Assembly: GCA_964016885.1 (NCBI GenBank)
Contig: OZ024743.1
Location: 4,526,001-4,590,000 of the forward strand
DNA length: 64,000 nt
DNA from: Eledone cirrhosa
Lineage: Eukaryota
Direction of reading: 5' to 3'
The translations under genes and the position numbers were made by a program. Shown in pieces: positions 48,650-60,237 of this stretch. The notes under the pieces were generated by a model. It searched no databases, was not told the origin of the DNA, and saw only the letters and a program-made list of their open reading frames with translations. Within the stretch, counting starts at the first letter, position 1, and the number at the start of each line of letters is the position of its first letter.

Positions 48650-49520
48650 TTGGCAGATTCTATAAAGTTGCATGTGTGGATATCTGAATCTAAAAGTATA
48701 TCCTGTGGCGTGGCATTGTCTTCTTAATCAGCCGATAGATTTGCAGACATAGCTATATGACTCGCATGTTACGCAGTCTATTGTCATGAATTTACCGTCG
48801 TCAAATTTTTTGCCTGGGCTTATGAATTCGTTTGTGGTTAATCAGGCCGCCTCAGAAAGACACATACAACCAAAATTAGCGCAGACTAAGTTTGCCTCAT
48901 CCACTTTATAAATTATGTTTTCGGGCTTAAATTCTGCTGTTGCTACTTTAACATCTTTCATTAGTGACATTGAAAGCAGATGGAATTATGCTATAGTGCT
49001 GTATAGCCCAACATCTCTAAGGCCAGTGGAAGACCAAGACATTCTTGTAAGAACTTATTAATACACATTTCCATTCACTGCACCTTTGTCAGGATTATTT
49101 GATACATTTAAAAGAGCCACAGAAGCTTCGGTAAAAAGAGCATATTGGTAACATTGCACTTTAATCTTCACTGCCAAACCGCTATTGTTAATGGTAGTTA
49201 ACCTCTGAAGAAATAGTGCGCTCCATCCTTAATCTCTTTTCAATTTTCATCTACCTGTCAGTTGGTTGTGAAATATTTTGTGGTAAATCGCATTATCATT
49301 GATCAATGCAACGTATTAAAATCTTCCTCGTTATCTCAGGAATGCAAAACACTGATCCATATGCATTTGTCAAGTTAAAGCAGACGACATGAAGAGCCTT
49401 CAAATTATCTAGGTATACTGTATCTCTTTGTGAATCAAAAGAACATCGACGTTTTAGAACAGATATGTCAATACACCCATTCAGTGCTTCGAGCCATGAG
49501 AATCTTCTAGCCAACCCTCC
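48650..49520 (-). pseudogene. Decayed HERO/RLE-type non-LTR RT remnant
   Basis: ORF 49296..49514 NGCID...LHVVCFNLTNAYGSV resembles the GC.EH...VWLDLANAYGSV signature. Boundaries are uncertain. Confidence 0.45.
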
Positions 49521-49855
49521 GTAAAATATTTTATTCTCTACATTGAGTATGGATATTCGCCAAACCTAGTTAATAGTTGCCCTGTACCATGCACCAGTTG
49601 TATATCACAGTTGTTTCCTTCATTCTCGTTGCAATATTCAGAGAACGCACAAGCGATGATTTTATATCTTATATGATATACAATTTTGACCGGGGCTCTT
49701 ATGTAACCATTTTCATGACCAATTTGACTTCCTTGACTAAACATATAGATATACATACGCATACATACAGACACATATATCTGCATATGTTTGTGTGTGT
49801 GTACGTATGATTTGGAGGGGTTTAATTTATCTACTTATTTATATCACTCAGTCAA

Positions 49856-49918
<63 letters not shown>

Positions 49919-49923
49919 TTATG

Positions 49924-49956
<33 letters not shown>

Positions 49957-50174
49957 ACAGTGTTGGACAAGGTCTAAAAATATTGGTTGCCAGGAGATGA
50001 AGGCGGTCCACCTATATATAGAATGCTATCATTTAATTTTTATAATGTATAAATAACATTTTCGAAAAATAAATAAGTGGAAACAAAACAGTGCAATCAA
50101 ATATTTGCAGAAAAATATCTTACCTTCTCCAGTAAAAAATATGTATTTTGCGAAATCCAGAGTATTTCAATAAT

Positions 50175-50356
50175 TGTTTCTACTTTAGGCACAAGGCCAG
50201 CAATTACCCAGTGCATTACTGGTACTTTATTTTATCGACCCCGTAAGGATGAAAGGCAAAGTCAACCTCGGCGGGATTTGAACTCAGATCGTAAAGGGAC
50301 GTAACTATGCTGGAAAGCATGGCGCCCGACCCTCTACCGATACTGCCATTCCACCA
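50175..50356 (-). mobile_element. tRNA-derived SINE, full length, perfect ~18-bp TSD
   Basis: CCAGAGTATTTCAATAAT at 50157-50174 and 50357-50374. Near-identical to the copy at 17444. Confidence 0.93.
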
Positions 50357-50409
50357 CCAGAGTATTTCAATAATGACCGGAAGTATACCCTAAATATTAC
50401 TAATAGCTC

Positions 50410-50800
50410 TAGGAAAGCCATGAACCACACCACATCTTGTCAACTTTGATTTTGAAAGTAGGTTTATAATTATCAATTTTCATTATATTTTAGTAGCTGG
50501 CTCGGTGGCCTACCTGGGGGAAATCATAGACGGTTGTGATTCTGGTCTGAAGTTCGATCTTGGTTGGGAGTAGGTTGGTTCCCAGTAAACCATTTCACTT
50601 TTTTTTTTCTATTGGTTGTAAAATAAAAAAGGTTACATGTACCTCTTGACAAGGATTGAACCCAAGATCACAATTTCCGCCGTCTCTAGTACTTACCGCT
50701 AGGCCACAGAGACAACTACGAAATCTTATGAAAATTCATACTTATAAACCTACTTTCAAAATGTTCAAAACAAAGTGTTGTGCTGACGCTCATGTCTTTC
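50410..50800. other. Fold-back element with two convergent tRNA-like arms
   Basis: TTTGAAAGTAGGTTTATAA (~50451) is inverted at ~50743-50760. Inside are a + arm GTAGCTGGCTCGGTGGCCTA...AGTTCGATC and a - arm GTAGTTGTCTCTGTGGCCTAGCGG...GGTTCAATCC. Confidence 0.6.
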
Positions 50801-51312
50801 TTAATGTTATTGTTCCTACTTAAGGTCGACTTCTAAATCATATGGGTGTTCCATAAACTACATCCTCGTTTTCTTTCACATCTATCTAGACCAAAGGTTC
50901 TCAACGGGGGGCATATGCACTCCCGGGGGGGCGTTTGGGAGCAAGTTAGGGGGGGGGTGCTGGTAAGTTTTATAAGCCATATTTGTATGTCTTTGAGACA
51001 GCCAGAGTGAATGCATTTGAATGAACATGCAGACAGCATAACTATGGTCTGACCGCAGCTGTGAGCAGATGTGCAGGTGTGTCTAGACATTAACCAGCAA
51101 TTGAGATCCTAAAAATGGAAAAACCCACAGTCAACTGGGTCAAGGACACTTTGAGCGCAGCCAGTTAGAATCTTATCTTTCCTTCACAGATAACAATGTA
51201 TTTCATGTCTGAAGTTATTGACTCAACCGTGACGAGTTAACACTATGTAGATCTATTTTATTCCCTATTATATAAATAATATTACAAATAAAAAAAGAAA
51301 GAAACACAGAAG

Positions 51313-51748
51313 CGGGTAACACACATCTAGGACCACATACAACACATAATCAGATAATACACACATCTAGGACTACATGCAACACATAAGCAGGTAATGC
51401 ATTCATCTAGGACCATATACAACACATAAGCAGGTAATACACACTTCTAGGACCACATGCAACACATAAGGAGGTAGTACACGCATCTAGGACCACATAC
51501 AACACACAGGCAGGTAATACACACTTCTAGGACCACATGCAACACATAAGGAGGTAGTACACGCATCTAGGACCACATACAACACACAGGCAGGTAATAC
51601 ATACATCTAGGACCACATACAACACATAAGGAGGTAATACACACTTCTAGGACCACATGCAACACATAAGGAGGTAGCACACACATCTAGGACCACATAC
51701 AACACACAGGCAGGTAATACATACAGCTAGGACCACATACAACATACA
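51313..51748. repeat. 40-bp minisatellite, ~11 copies, partial 80-bp higher-order alternation
   Basis: Unit approximately AGGTAATACACACATCTAGGACCACATACAACACATAAGC. CAGG and GAGG variants alternate across 51431-51600. Confidence 0.95.
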
Positions 51749-51754
51749 CTGTAT

Positions 51755-52805
51755 CATGGTCTACGGACGACGCTAGAGCAATGGTCGGCCAACATAAGGG
51801 TTTCGTCACTCTTCTGAAGAGAGAAAATCTATCTGTATTTGCTGTTCATTGTGTCATTTGGCTGCGAAGAAACTCAGCGAGCTGCTGATCAAATCCTTGC
51901 AGGTGGCCATTGATGTCATCTATTTTATAAAACGGCATTCCCTCAATGAACGAATTTTCCAGCAACTCTGCCAAGATAATGACGAAGAATTCGTCAAGTT
52001 GCTTCTTCATACTGAAATGAGGTGGCTTTCAAAGGGCAAGTGCCTTACTCACTTCTTTGAACTCTTCGATTCTATCATTGAGTTTCTGCGAGGACGCAAC
52101 ACAGAACTGTACAAGAAAACCCTCGATGTGAGGCAAGACAGCGCCTACCTCACCGACATCTTCGACAAATGCAATAGCGTCATTTTGGCTTTGCAGGGGA
52201 AGAAGATCACCTTGCTTAAAGCAAGGAATGCTGTGAAAACATTCCTGGCCAAATTGAATGTCATCGAAAAGAATCTTTGTTGACGGGAATTCTATAATTT
52301 TCCTAGTGTTGCCAATGTTCAAAACATTGTAAGCAATGACCAACTCCAGATTTATACCACTCACCTCCGTGCGCTACAAAACAACATGAGAGAATCGTTT
52401 GTCAACCTTTTGCCGATGGACATCCCGATGTGGATAGCAGATCCCTTCATAGCTAACGTCGTTGATTTGGACGTTAAATTTCAGGAAGAATTCATTGAAC
52501 TTCAAGCAGATGACATGATCAAAATTAGATTTCCCAAAATAGTAGATGAACCCTTTTTGGGGATGCAAGAGGAAATTCTGCATCGATTTCCACACCTACA
52601 TGCAGCGGCTAAGAGATTTGCTCTGCCTTTTCCAAGCTCATACTTAGTCGAGAGGGGGTTTGGCGCTGTTTCCAGACTGTACAGTAAGGCTCGCAACCGC
52701 TGCTACAATGTTATTACACGTGGAGATCTCCGGCTACATCTTACGAAAATCCAGCCTGACGTCAAAGAGTTAACTAGACTCCATGAAGCTCAAGGGTCCC
52801 ATTGA
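51755..52805 (+). pseudogene. hAT Buster-type transposase C-terminal half
   Basis: TDDARAMVG, VHCVI, LLHTEMRWLSKGKCL, AYLTDIF, LPFPSSYLVERGF, GDLRLHLT, QGSH. One frameshift and one stop. Confidence 0.92.
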
Positions 52806-53573
52806 AATAAAGTCAAAGTTAAAGTAAGTTGATTTATCCGAAAACTTGGATATGCTATTATTACAAAGCAAACTAAAATTTTTTTTATTTGTAGTTGCAG
52901 TCTGACTGGACTGGAAACCATCTACTACAATTCACTTACTCAGTTGTTGTATATATTTTACCATTTACTAATAAATATACCCTCTTACGTGGTCATGAAA
53001 ACCCTCTTCCGTGGTCTCTAAGCTCACAAAGCGGAGGGGACATCAAGTTAGATATCAACATTCATCCTGTCCGTTTCATTAAAGGGAACATTGGAAAGCT
53101 TTGAAATTATATAATTGCCACTTTCTTCCAGATAAGAGCACACTTGGGATAGACAGAGTTGCTTTTGTATAAATGTTCAAAATAGCTGGTATCGTCTGGT
53201 GGGAATATGACAAATTCAACTGGTCCTTATTCATTAAAAAAGAACATTTATGTTCCTTTTTTTTTTAAATTTATATATTTCCTTTCAAGGAAGTATTTAT
53301 ACTCTCAGCTGCCTGCAATGGTATCTTTGGAATATTGATAATCAATTTTTTAGTAATCTACTGATATCAAAATCAGTAGTATATTGAAAAATGGAAAAAT
53401 AGGGTAGGGGCGTTTCGTGATTTTGAGGGTTGAGAACCTGTGATCTAGACTATATTTTAACCTGTAATCCATGTTTCATTTTTGTTCCACCTCATTTCTC
53501 CACTCTCCTCTCTCTCTCTCTCTCACTCTCTCACTCTCACTCACTCTTTCTTTCTCTCTCTCTCCCTCTCTCT

Positions 53574-53612
<39 letters not shown>

Positions 53613-54229
53613 TTGAATCTACTATGATTTGGGCTTACAATGATTGGCATTATATAAATATATTATATGCGATCAATATAATACAGTTGCGGGTGTGTAA
53701 GTGATCGGTGTGGGCGAGGGCGCCTACAGACAGAGAAGACGTCGAGGGCCGCCAACACTTCAAGCATACAACCCCTTACCTACTACAGTAGTAATTCCGA
53801 TCTAAGAAACAACTTTGATTGACAGGTGGAGAATGAAAATAACCAAATAGTGGACAACCATGAGTAGTTAGAAATATTGATGATGTGTAAAATTCTTCAC
53901 CACTCATGGAATGATAACAACAGGATCTAAGCCGACAGGCGAAGGATATCGATGTAAAATGACATTAGGAAAATCTGCTTCGTAGAATGAAGACGTATCT
54001 GAGGACCTTGCGATTTTCAGAGTCAGGTTCGAACATCACATCGATCGTGCCTCGAGCTGGTCGCCAGAGAAACGATTGTAATATGTCCAATAAATTCCAT
54101 TCGTCGCTTCACTGATTCTCTTTCTTTGTGATATCATACTCTATGATGCTCTATGAGAGCATCGAGTGCTCAAACGGTCTATCGCATACGGACGTTTTAA
54201 GCATCCAACACCAATTATATATATATAGT

Positions 54230-54460
54230 AATAATAATAAATTTGAAGACTAAAATCCAAAGAAGGCTCGATAAGGATAAATATATATCAAATATATAAG
54301 AACCGTAGAGCAAATATTTATTAAAATAACAGATTAAAGTTTAAGCAAAGAATCGCTGCTTTCACCCTTAACGGGATCTTCTGAAACTCTCAGAAGATCC
54401 CGTTAAGGGTGAAAGCAGCGATTCTTTGCTTAAACTTTAATCTGTTATTTTAATAAATAT
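54230..54460 (-). mobile_element. Hairpin-plus-tail island with perfect ~70-bp arms
   Basis: 54314-54384 is the inverse of 54390-54460 with a 5-nt loop. Tail on the left. Carries CAGAAGA-UCCC(GUUAA)GGGU-GAAA. Confidence 0.7.
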
Positions 54461-55850
54461 ATATATATATATAAATTTAAAATGTAGTATATTTAATTTG
54501 ATTTATAATTATTTATGAAACTCGCCGATAAATCTCTCGATTCCTTTTTTATTTTAAACATTCTTCATGAATAATTAAACTACCCTAAAAGCTGATGTTC
54601 CAAATATATCGAATAAATTTTACACTAGATAAACTTCTATATTAAATATAAGACCATCTGTAGATCAAATGGGTATCCTAAACTTTTGGAATGTTTTCTG
54701 CTAGACAGGATTTGGTAAATAATTTTTGGTTTTGTTTGCTTTTGATTCTGATGCTTATAACGAACTTGGCAATATATTGTCAATTAACTTTGAGGGGTTG
54801 ATCTCTGTGGTTGATTTGCGGGGCATACTATGTTTTATTTTTATTTTAATATTTTTAATATTTTTAATATTTTTATATTTAATATTTTTTTGATTTTTTG
54901 ATTTTTATTTACTTTTTGTTTCTGATATTTTTATTGATATATTGATATCTGTTCTCTATTTATGCTTGAACGATAATCATGTAGAGTAAAGACATGAATA
55001 GTATTGTTAAAATTAATGTAGACTCTATATATATTTGTGTGTATGTACACATATATGTATACTTAAATTTTTATAGCACAATAAGAATGTTTTCGTGTGA
55101 AATAGGAATTTGCAGAGCTGATCACGTAAATTCACATGGATGTATATAGTATAAAATCTGGGATAACCTTCTATTTTATCTCAACTCTATCTTATCTAAA
55201 CCTAGGAATTTTAAACTAGACATATGATCATTATTTTTCACACATTATTGATACGTGTCTCATTCATGAATACTGATATTTACATTATAATGCCTGGTTT
55301 ATACGAATTGATATTTTTTACATTGATGAAACATAGTGTTTTAAATCTGCCTCGTTTTTGTCTGGATATTTTTCTTTTCTCTCTATGTAACGGCTGTTTT
55401 CTCTCTTAACCACATATATCTCTCTCTACATTAATACTAGAGCCAAATAAATAAATAAATAAATAAATATATCATTGATACGTCATTCAACTGGTGCCCA
55501 ACTACCTAGTTTCTTTCTCTCTATCTCTATCTATATCTATCTCTCTATATTTTCTCTCTCTCTCTCTCCTCTCTTCTCTCTCTCTCTCTCTCTCTATCTA
55601 TCTCCCTCTGTGTTTTTTCCTCTCTATATATATCTCTCTCTGTTTCTTTACATGAATTTCTTCTCTCTATCTATCTCTCTATATCTATCTCTCTCTATTT
55701 AATTGCATGCATTTCTTCTTTTTCTTCGTTTTTCTTTCTTTCTTTTTATAACTGTCCCTAATATTTTTTCACTACCAAATCAACTTTTCAAATAGAAGTC
55801 GAAGTTGAAAGGTATGTCGAATCTATCTATTTATAAGACTGTTTATATTG

Positions 55851-55916
55851 TATTTTGTCTGAAGAAGGCATAACATATTTTTAATATGATATCCCTGAAA
55901 TATATATAATGAAATA
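55851..55916 (+). ncRNA. Type I hammerhead ribozyme motif, intact core
   Basis: UAUUUUGU-CUGAAGA-AGG...CAUAUU/AAUAUG...CCU-GAAA-UAUAUA-UA-AUGAAAUA, ~130 nt upstream of (TA)n. Confidence 0.7.
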
Positions 55917-56043
55917 AATATGGTTTTCTAAATATAGTTTCCATTTATTTAATATCGTAAATATACTCCAAATACTTGTTGAGTGCTTTTATATCAGTTA
56001 TAAATATTTACTCGTTGTTAACCCAACAATTTAAATAAAACTT

Positions 56044-56111
<68 letters not shown>

Positions 56112-56134
56112 TATATATATATATATAGATATAG

Positions 56135-56169
<35 letters not shown>

Positions 56170-56171
56170 TC

Positions 56172-56350
56172 AAATTTAATATAGAAATGGCTTCTACAGG
56201 ACGAAACCTGTTTCATTCGAAGGAAATTATCGAATAAAACAGCTCTAGTCCCATAGAAGCCATTTCTATATTAATTTTGTTGTTTTTGTTTACACTCTAC
56301 TAGTGTGTTACGTACCTTACTTACTGTGGTTACCCCCGATTGAACCCGGT
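56172..56350 (+). mobile_element. Short degenerate hairpin-plus-tail island
   Basis: AATATAGAAATGGCTTCTA...TAGAAGCCATTTCTATATT inverted repeat between microsatellites. Confidence 0.55.
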
Positions 56351-56353
56351 ATT

Positions 56354-56385
<32 letters not shown>

Positions 56386-56404
56386 CACACGCACACATAC
56401 ACAT

Positions 56405-56477
<73 letters not shown>

Positions 56478-56669
56478 GTATAGGATTATCCAAGATGTAG
56501 TAATGGTTAATTACTACACTGGATATGGTTGACGTACGGTGAGAGGTTACTCTACGAGTTATGGAAGAATTGTTCAAGAAACTTAGTTCCTGATCCTTCA
56601 GTATTCCGGAGTGTATATAAAGAATGAATAATAACAGGTTGACATCATAAAGAGGTAATTTATTCCGTG

Positions 56670-56781
56670 TGCTTACAAATGTTTCCACAGTGGTACTACA
56701 GCCTAGTTATGCTATGTGCAAATTTACAAGTATTTGCAGAACTCAAATATCCAATGCTGTGACCACTGTATCCTCAGAGCA
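56670..56781 (-). ncRNA. Type I hammerhead with extended helix II in the Naiad pLTR
   Basis: UGCU-CUGAGGA-UACAGUGG...(~70 nt)...CCACUGUG-GAAA-CAUUUG-UA-AGCA. Confidence 0.7.
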
Positions 56782-57287
56782 GAATGGTAAAATGTACAAT
56801 GTAAATACCCTTAAGTGGGGTTGTTGGGGAAGATAGGGTAGAAAAGGAAGAGAGAAAAGTAGGGGAGAGGGAGAGAGAGAGAAAGATATGCAGGGGTTGG
56901 AGAAGTAGGAGAGAGTGGTTTGTAGATATCTTAATCAAAATGTTATGGTAATCAAAATGTTATGGTAGGGGTTTTATTATACTGGTTACTTTTGGAGAGA
57001 TGCGTTGATAGTTAAGGTCGGAATTATTTATTGCCCCAGAGGGCAGGTTCATAGATGTGGAGAGGGAGTTAGGCCAAAGGCGAGAGAGAGTGTAATGGAT
57101 GTAGAGAGAGATAGGTAGAGAGGGGACAGACGAAGTTTATGTGGTGAGTGAACTTTGGGTTGGTAGTAGTAATCTACGAATTGCACTGAGTTACCATTTA
57201 TAGTGATAAGCAGTGTATTGTCTTGTAGTGTGGGGGGAAGAGAAGGTTGTTAGCTAGAAAGCGGTGTTATAGTTACGGGTTCGAATG

Positions 57288-58868
57288 TTAAGTTATTTTA
57301 TAGTGAGAGAATTTAGCTTTTAGTTTGTGGTTGCAGTATAATGATCGTTCAATTCTATCGTTAAGTAGTTTGTTTTTGGATTTTAATATGTAAAAGAGTT
57401 CAAGGTTACATAACCTGCAGTACTTCAATCCACTCCGATATGCACTTGCGCTGGAAAGTATATCCCATTTTAAGGTGAACTGTTGGTTGTGTTCACGGAG
57501 TTGCCAGGTCTTGTTGGCGAGCGTGGTCACAAAACGGTGATTAGGATGTTTGATTGAGAATCGATGACCGTACCAGCGAGATTTAAACGAGGTGGTGGTA
57601 GATCCGATATAATACCATTTCTGGTCGTTCGATTCAACCGTGCATTGGTAAACAATGTTGGACTTTAGGCATTCATTCTTCAATGGACATCTTTCAGGTA
57701 GATGGCAGTTACATTCTTTGTTGTGGGTAGCGGGTATACCATGGATAGGTTGTGATAGCGGTACAGGTGGATCGTGTAATACCCGACTCCCATTTAGTGG
57801 TTGGGAGGCAGATATTACGTTCTGCCCATCTGTTACTAAAATGTTTTGTTTTGTAGAGTTGTTTAATTGCCTTAAGTTAAGTTTTTTTATGTATGCTTCA
57901 AGGTTTGGTGCTGTGGAGTATGATAGTCTAATAGTTTTAGAGTTCAGAATTTTGCTGTATTTATGGGAACTAGGGAAATGTTTGTTGATTAACTTAAAGA
58001 ATGAAAGAGATAGTTTTGTACTAATCGAGGCATTAAAAATAGGATTGTACCAGATATACTTTCTACAACGTGATTTATTTGGTGGTGATTTTCTATTATT
58101 AGTATGTCTGGTAGTACTGTGTGTGTGCGCTTGTATTTTAGTCCCCCGGTTACGTATTCCTTGATTTCGTGTAGAGCTATGTGTGTTATGGAAATTCCTA
58201 TCAATGTATTCTATTGTATCCCGGTGGTCGGCATTCCTTAATGCATCATTGTAGTATTCAGCGTGTTCACTAAAAATATCAGAGTTAGACGATAGGCGAG
58301 AGATTCTAAGAGAAATACTCCGGGGAACTGATTTGATCATGGAGAGTGGGTGGTTAGAGTTAAAGTTAATATACGTAAGGTTCTCATTCACCTTGTGGAA
58401 GGGTCGTATCTGTCCGGTATTTAAATTAAGAGTTACGTCCAGAAAGTTGACTACTTTAAGATTGTATTCTTATGTTATTTTTAGACCCAGTTCACTAAAA
58501 GATTTCCTAATATTTTTCCGTAGCCTTTCAAGATTTTGGTTATTCAAGTTATTAACTAATAAGAGCCCATCATCTCTGTATATCCCCCCCTGTAGATTAC
58601 TAAATTTACTATGTAATATGTGGGCTATGTAAATTCCCAAAAGATCCGTGACCTCCGCTGAGTCGTTGGAACCCATGGTAATATCGAAATTTGTGGGTCT
58701 GTCCTTACGTTCCCAGTAGCAGTTATCAAACTTAATAATGGTTTTTCTAGCCTCGAGAATAATATTAATTTCGTCCTCCGTTAGGTCGGAATTGACCTTA
58801 GCAAACGATAGGGCCTTACGTAAAGTGCTTGGTGAGATGGAAGAGTAGTATTCGTCTATGTCAAATTT
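57288..58868 (-). CDS. Naiad-type RT/GIY-YIG ORF (partial, one internal stop near 58470)
   Basis: ORFs 58470..58946 and 57288..58391 are in the same frame. The paralog at 60892..62265 reads through (KITYEYN). Confidence 0.85.
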
Positions 58869-58999
58869 GAGTTCTGCAAATACTTGTAAATTTGCACATA
58901 GCATAACTAGGCTGTAGTACGACCGTGGAAACATTTGTAAGCACACAGAATAAATGACCTTTTTATGATGTCTACCTGTTATTATTCACTCTTTATATA

Positions 59000-59466
59000 T
59001 ATATATATATAATTGTAGTTCCTGTTTGTTTGTTCACGAACCCTCCTAAGGTTTTGGAGATAGACCCCATAACCATATATATTCTGAAACTACTTGGATA
59101 AGTACATTTCATTTTAATCAAAGGGTTCCCGGGGGCACAAATCCCCGCTGAAAAGTGTTTCCCTTCGATTTATATGAAATTTAAACCACAGGTAAATGAT
59201 AAGTTATGATGCCTATTCACAAAATTTCAGCAAATTTCAATAATATTAAAACACCCTAATGGGGGCTAAACCCTTTATAGTGAACATTTTGGATGCCCAT
59301 AACTTGAGTATTGGAACCGCTATTATCCCGGGGTTTTTCTATTACATTGAGTAATATTGAAATGCAGAGTTTTTCTCCATAAATTATATCACTGATTTAA
59401 AATCATTCATCATTTTCTTACAAAAAAAATGTGTGAAACGCAGCAAGGCGCGGGTAATTCGGCTAG
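59000..59466 (+). mobile_element. Short non-autonomous Helitron
   Basis: Starts TATATAATTGTAGTTCCTGTTTGTTTGTT. Ends in GC-rich CGCAGCAAGGCGCGGG...CGG-CTAG followed by T. Confidence 0.65.
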
Positions 59467-59521
<55 letters not shown>

Positions 59522-59570
59522 GAAAGGTATAGAAAACATTGTATTGTAGCAAAAAAGCCAACAGTATTCC

Positions 59571-59617
<47 letters not shown>

Positions 59618-59701
59618 GTAGAACACTGGAAGGTAATATTCGTAGTGGTAGAGCACTCAGTCCATGGGACGAGTTAGGTAGAAGTGGTTACATGTCCATT
59701 A

Positions 59702-59739
59702 CGAGCAGAGGATCCGCTAAGGTGAAACAATTGTTCTCG
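59702..59739 (+). ncRNA. Minimal hammerhead motif with CAGAGGA core
   Basis: CGAG-CAGAGGA-UCC(GCUAA)GGU-GAAA-CAAUUG-UU-CUCG: perfect helix I, palindromic helix III, inside a ~155-bp island between TA tracts. Confidence 0.6.
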
Positions 59740-59769
59740 GTATGGTGAACTAACTGTTGTGTAACCACT

Positions 59770-59867
<98 letters not shown>

Positions 59868-59957
59868 GTGATTCCGTCGGAAAGGTCTAGGAAAAAAGAG
59901 TGCTCTATGTAGGTTACAGAGCTTATTAGTTATATTATAAACAACATAAGATAATTG

Positions 59958-60017
59958 TTTCATTTACCAGTGGTTTCCTGAAAGCAAACAAATTTGCTTT
60001 CGGTCATCAGAATGAAA
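59958..60017 (-). ncRNA. Type I hammerhead ribozyme, perfect core
   Basis: UUUCAUU-CUGAUGA-CCGAAAGCAAA(UUUG)UUUGCUUUCAG-GAAA-CCACUGG-UA-AAUGAAA. Confidence 0.85.
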
Positions 60018-60176
60018 AAATCCTGGTGTATTTATTGACAGTGGATTTGAAAAACAAAAATATAATATATATGAAAGTGAGGTTGGAGGAAGAAGAGGAA
60101 AAGGAGAAAAAGAATAATATATATAGAAGTAGATAAACATACACGCACACACACGCACACACGCACACACACACGC

Positions 60177-60235
<59 letters not shown>

Positions 60236-60237
<2 letters not shown>

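Larger units (their letters stand above)
50892..53442 (+). mobile_element. hAT (Buster/Charlie-type) DNA transposon, internally rearranged
   Basis: TIRs CA(A/C)AGGTTCTCAAC. Perfect 8-bp TSD ATCTAGAC (50884-50891, 53443-53450) with central TA. Confidence 0.93.
56475..58997 (-). mobile_element. Naiad-type Penelope-like element, 5'-truncated with inverted pLTR
   Basis: RT (FDIDEYY, FDITMGSNDSAE, IYRDDG, YINFNSNHP), CNC-CP-C linker, GIY-YIG (NIVYQC..YYIGST), CRLC and terminal CNH. 58864-58997 is the inverse of 56613-56749. (TA)n flanks. Confidence 0.92.

Noticed and set aside
51313-51748. Regular 40-bp array considered as a possible CRISPR
   Set aside because: No unique spacers, no cas genes, eukaryotic context. 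It is a tandem minisatellite.
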